From NCBI GenBank assembly GCA_010093995.1, contig ML992504.1, positions 1,663,394-1,727,393 of the forward strand: a DNA stretch of 64,000 bases, written 5' to 3'. The notes below the pieces were generated by a model. That model had not been told where the DNA came from. It did not search any database and was given only the letters and a program-made list of their open reading frames with translations. The translations under genes were made by a program, and so were the position numbers. The DNA is from Elsinoe ampelina. Lineage: Eukaryota. Below, in pieces: positions 58,855-64,000 of the stretch (within the stretch, counting starts at the first letter, position 1; each line of letters starts with the position of its first letter).

Positions 58855-61800
58855 GTTACGAAAGTCCTAAGCGTAGAGAGTTAGAATATTAGGTTTCTCC
58901 GTATTAAACTAAGTTTAACTACGTTAGGTCGCTACAAACGCACTATACCTACCTAAATTTAGTTAAACGCACTGTACCTACCTAATTTTAGTTAAACGCA
59001 CCGTACGTGCCTTAGATTAGACAAACGCTCTACTTGCTATAACTAGAATAGATGTAGAAATTAATAAGCATCTTCCGGAGAAAGCTCTCTAAGCTAGTAT
59101 TATTATAGATCTTGTCCGCTAGATAAAGGGGAAGTATATACTCTATATTATTAGAGCTCGGTATAGAAGCACTTTTACTATAATAGGAAAGTAGACATTA
59201 TACGCCTTATTCTCTAGCTTACGACATAAAACCCTAAACTAATATATACTTATTCTAACTCTATTTTATCGTCTCTACTTAGTTGTCTATTAAGGTATAA
59301 GATGTCTCTAAAGATAAGTACTTTTACGCAACTATATAGCTAGTAACAAAGGTTAACACTAACGAAAAGCGCCTCTATTGCCCTATAGCCTACGAGTTCT
59401 ACTATCTAGTAGCCTATATTGTCGATAATATAAAATAAGCTTATAGAGGAGCGTTTATAACTTAGGCTCGTAGATATAAGAAAGCTTTTCCTAAGAAGGA
59501 CTTAATTATTATAGCTAAGTACAGTTACGACATTAAGTATAAATACCTATAGACCTATTCTAGTACTTAGAAGTCGTTAGTAACGTAGGAAGAGAATAAC
59601 GATAGGAGCTAGATATACTACGTTAATAGTAGCTATAGTAGCGAGGCTATAGCCTATTCTAAGAAGATTAACACTAATATAGACAGGTACGGGAAATATA
59701 ATAGACATTTAGTTTAGGCTAAGCTAATCCCTCGTTTACTAACACGGAATAGTATACTTACTAGAAGAATAATTCTAGAGCTACGAAAGACTACCTAGAA
59801 AAGTAAGATCTAATAGATATCGGTATAGTGTCTAAGTAGCCCTAGAGATAGTACTAAGGATATAGTAGTCTAAACAACAGCTCGAAGGCGATTATAGTAG
59901 AGAAGTAAACGCTCTTTCTAGGAAGTTTAAGATTTACTCTAACTACCTATCTACGAGGTTATTAGTAAGGAGGTAATTAGTAATAATAAGAGGCTCCTTC
60001 TACTTCTTACCCTTCTCCTCTACCTTACCGAGCTTAATACTAGCACGGCTATAGACACTAGCGAAGGTAGAGGTAGTACGCTTCTTGCTTTACTAGCTCT
60101 CGGCGCTAGTTATAGTAGTTGTTAGAGAGGTAATAGAGGTAGTGTCTAGGTTAAGATCGCGGCACTTTATTGCTATATATTAAAGATAAGGTTACCCCGA
60201 CGCGTACTAAGCTTCTAGTAATAACCTATAGTCGTAGCTATATACGAGTAATAGTAGTTACGGAGGGAGCGGTAGTAGTAGCTTCGGTTATAGTATACCT
60301 TACTATAGCGGAGAGCAAGGAGAAAGGTATAGAGGAGAAAGAGAGTATTCCTCTCTCGGAGGTAGGTACGATAATACTTTTTCCTACTATATCCTACCGC
60401 CCTACTATTACTACTACTAAGTAGTAGTTATAGTAATAGCGCGTGTAGGATAATCTAGTATATAATCTTATAGACAGGATTTGTCGTACATATATTATAC
60501 ACTAATAATCTTATAAGGAAATACTTATAACCTATATAGATATAGAGGAGACTTTAGAGAATAAGGAAGAGGCTACTTGCTATACTAAAGGGTAGCTTCT
60601 TCCTCGACTCGTTTCCTACGTATAGTATATATATAGAGATTAATAAGAATATTCCCTAGCGGGTCTTCTAAGCTAGTGTTATTATAGATCTTGTCCGTTA
60701 GATAGAAAGGAATAAGTCCTTAGTAACTGCTCTAGTAGTATCGAGTAGATCCCTACGATATAATAGCAAATAGAGTAAAGCACTATCGTCTATATCGGAG
60801 TCTTATTAGTAAACTTATTATAGAGAATAAACTTTCCTCTTAGACTACTAACTCCGTTAGTAAAACTAACCTAAAGATAACTTACTAACCTAAGCCTTTT
60901 ACTACTGTTGCTAAATACTTAGGGTATGTCTTAAGCATCTTAAAGACTAACTTCTATAACGCCTCGCTATAATTTCCTAAGCTATTATAATTAGTAAAGG
61001 AATAGACTAACTCTTTAGCGTAAAAACTACGTAAGGTACCTTAGGCTACAAACTCTATATAGTTTAGGGACTAACCTAATAATATATAGGTGTAAACTAA
61101 CTAGTTAAGGTAATACCTATAGAAGTTATTATAACTCGCCTACCTAATATAGTCTAGTAGTTGACCTAAGTGTACCTAAGCGTTAGGCTATCGACATAAG
61201 AGACAATTGTTCTAGCTACGAAAGAAGTACTCTAGCTTCGTTAATGTCTACTATGCTTACTAACTACGCCTAGGGATCTTAACCTCTCTCGTTTTAAAGC
61301 CTTAGCTAGGTAGAGCTATTTAGACTCCTATAACTTATTCTATAGTATGTTATATATGTTAAAGTCGGCTGTGTTATTAATGTATATCTAGCTATATAGC
61401 CTTGTTTTATCTACCGGTATAACGTAGATACTATAGTAGATTTACGAGGTAGAGTAGATACGCCTACTAGTAAGGGCGTTCCGTCTAGCTCGCGCGCGTC
61501 GATTTGTCTAAGGCTTAATTAGTGTTATGCTATACTCTCAATTAGCTACTCTATCCGGCCGAGTAGGCTAATATAGATCTACTAGCGCTCCTATGTAGTA
61601 TAGGCGTTAACGCCGGCCCGATCTACTAGACTAGAAGCTATCCTCTATAGTTATTATAAATATAATACGAGCTAGTAACTTACCTTATAGGCTATTAGGT
61701 AATGCTTCGTTAGTGCCTTCGTCGTTTGTTGTCTATTCTTATACCTAGAGCTAGTCTTGTCTCTTATTGCTACGTATCCTCTACTATTTAGTTATACACT

Positions 61801-64000
61801 AGATAAAGTCTTATTCGTCTATATTAGGATTATTAGAATTATAGTTAGATAGTTTTCTATACTTTAAAGAATAGTAGAACTTAACGCGGAGGTCGCTTAC
61901 CTAGGAAGAATCTAGTTTAAGTCTATTAGGATCTAGTTTAGCGTCGAACTAATTAGAGTATTTAGTTCTCGAGTTAGAGCCTATGTCGGCTATACCTTAA
62001 TAAGCCTCGCGGATAAACACCGCTATTACTTGCTATAGCAATAGCCTAGGTAGCATATTAATAAGCGCCTCTAGTTCTCTTACTATACGCTATATAGCTC
62101 TCTTCTTAGCGCTAGGCTAGCCGAACTAAGAAGTAACATTTACCGTATTACTTACGCTAACTAGCGTACTCTAGATCTTAATTAGTTTAGTAGCTAATAG
62201 CCTAACTAACTTCGAGGGGTTATCGAATGCTACTAATATATTTGCTAGTTTAGTGTTATAAGTAGTAACCTAGTCTTTCTATCTAGCCTTCTTATTCGTA
62301 AGTTTAAAGGCGTCCTTAATAAAGCGTATATAATTATGCTCTAAATAATTAGAATCGAGGCTAGTAACTACTCTAAAATTATAGATAGCCTTTGAAAAAT
62401 GTGTTATTAAGTGCTATTTCGGAAAGTTAAAGTCGCTCTCTTCTTTCCTATCGCTATAATAGGCCCGGAAGGTTTCTTTATACTTATTTATCCTAAGTGT
62501 GTCTTAGCCTAGTAATTACGTACTAAGTTAGTATATATCTCCCTAAGGTCGTTCTAGCTTATTTAAGTATCTAGTAGTATATACTTAGTTAGTAGAGAAG
62601 GCACTAGCTACTAAGATTATAACACCTCTAGAGAAGTGCTTAGTATAACTAGCGTAACTAGCACCTCTAGTACTAGTATACTCTATAACTCTTTAATAAT
62701 AAGCTTAAGAAATTAAACCTTAATATTACTATAAAATTGTAGCTACTACTTAAGCCTATAATAGAAAGAGCTAAGAGTATTAAAATCCTTAAAGACTACG
62801 TATAGTTTAAGGGTGTTTATATAGTTAAAGAGTTTAGTATTACACTTCTTAAAGTATAGCTCGACTTCCCTTTTACTACTAATCTAGTCGACGAGGTAGC
62901 TTAAATCTAGCTAGATATTAAATAGACTATTACTAGTGTTACTAGTACTCTTTATAGTGTCGATTATATCTCTATTAAGATTAGTAATTCACTATAAAAG
63001 GAAATTAATAACCTATAGCTACGAGGAGGCTAGTAGTAAAGCCTCCTACTAGCTTAATATCTACTAACCTCTTAGTAATGACAACATAATACTATAAGTA
63101 CTAGAGGTGTTAGAAATAGAGTACTAGGTACCTTTATAACTACCTAAAGCTCCTTATAGTGTTTATTAATTTATATTACTATCTTATAGTACTTAGAGAG
63201 GTTATTAGAGATTACTCTTAGTATAAGTATAGGTTCTTAGACTATTAGTATTCTTAGCTCTCTTTTTTAGCTATCTTAGTAGAGTCTTTTTAATAGCCTT
63301 TATAACTAGCATATTCTCTTCCTTACTAGTTTCTATAGTTATAGCTTAAGGTTTACTTCTCTTATAACTAGTTAGTAGTTTTAAATAAATAGGCTTAGGC
63401 TCGAAGGTTAATAGTAGCTTACTAGCTATTAAGTAGCTAGAGTAATATAAATTACTTAGAGAGTGTTTAATAGGCTTCTCTAATACTAGAGAGTTATAAA
63501 ATCTAATACGAGATAGATACGAACTAGATTTAGTTAAGCCTTAGTTTAGATTAGTTATGTAATCTTAGTACTATAGCCTAGGCTTCTAGCTACTTTACTC
63601 TCGATATTATATGTGCTTTATATACTAGCTTTCTTCTTCTTCTTCTAAGTCTCGATATCTTAATAAATAGACGTAATTAACTTCTTATCTTACTAGTTGT
63701 AATTACTATATTAAGACTTCTAATAACTATAACTAAGTAATAGAGCTATTAAACTATCTAGTTATTCTACTACTTACGTAACTACTAATAACTACTACTT
63801 ACGAAGAATTAAAGAACTAAAGAAGAAGCTATTATAACTATAGTTCCTATATATACTATAATAGATCCTTACTACTACTATATAGATTAATACTATAAAC
63901 TCTAAAGATATAAGAAGAAAGTAATAAGTCGAGTTATAGACGACTTCTAAAGGAAGTAGACCTAGAGTGGTTTTTAGGTACCTAACGCAACCTAAATAGA
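58855..64000 (-). mobile_element. RIP-mutated Plavaka-type (CMC/EnSpm-related) DNA transposon nested in element C; transposase relic ~63900-61340
   Basis: Minus strand ~62435-62250 reads DFNFPK*HLITHFSKAIYNF...LEHNYIRFIKDAFKLTNKK (Plavaka FNxPKxH...ExxH...K.A...TN); C-terminal YINNTADF; subterminal repeats. Confidence 0.78.
58936..59028. repeat. Three tandem 29-bp subterminal repeats (AAACGCACTRTACCTACCTAAWTTTAGTT; third copy diverged)
   Basis: AAACGC recurs at 58936, 58965, 58994 and 59023. Confidence 0.9.

Noticed and set aside
58936..59028. CRISPR-like array
   Set aside because: Contiguous tandem units without unique spacers, in eukaryotic transposon DNA.

Overview
Eukaryotic DNA from a filamentous ascomycete. 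The evidence is short GT-AG introns with CTRAC branch sites and three AT-rich blocks with a heavy RIP signature (TpA excess, CpA/TpG loss); a Dothideomycete-like origin is only a guess. Most real genes are spliced, so the supplied ORF track is fragmentary; the gene models below were assembled by hand. Core genes: GH18 chitinase, SCO1, ISD11, Prr1-like kinase, CDC42, a siderophore MFS transporter, a PTH11-like receptor, DERA, RPS27 and CSN2. Among them lie two apparent pseudo-enzymes (an FHA-pseudokinase and an otubain lacking its catalytic Cys). An accessory block (~14-30 kb) holds two paralogous SAM methyltransferases, each with a complete RIP-mutated Tc1/IS630-like TIR transposon just upstream. 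The two transposons have unrelated TIRs but both carry a homologous, convergent second ORF with a Cys/His motif. At the right end a third Tc1-like transposase is interrupted by a nested Plavaka-type element. The DERA gene has a candidate intron whose splicing creates a stop codon, while retention gives a 714-aa isoform. All de-RIP translations are manual reconstructions and family assignments come from motif recognition; no database searches were run.
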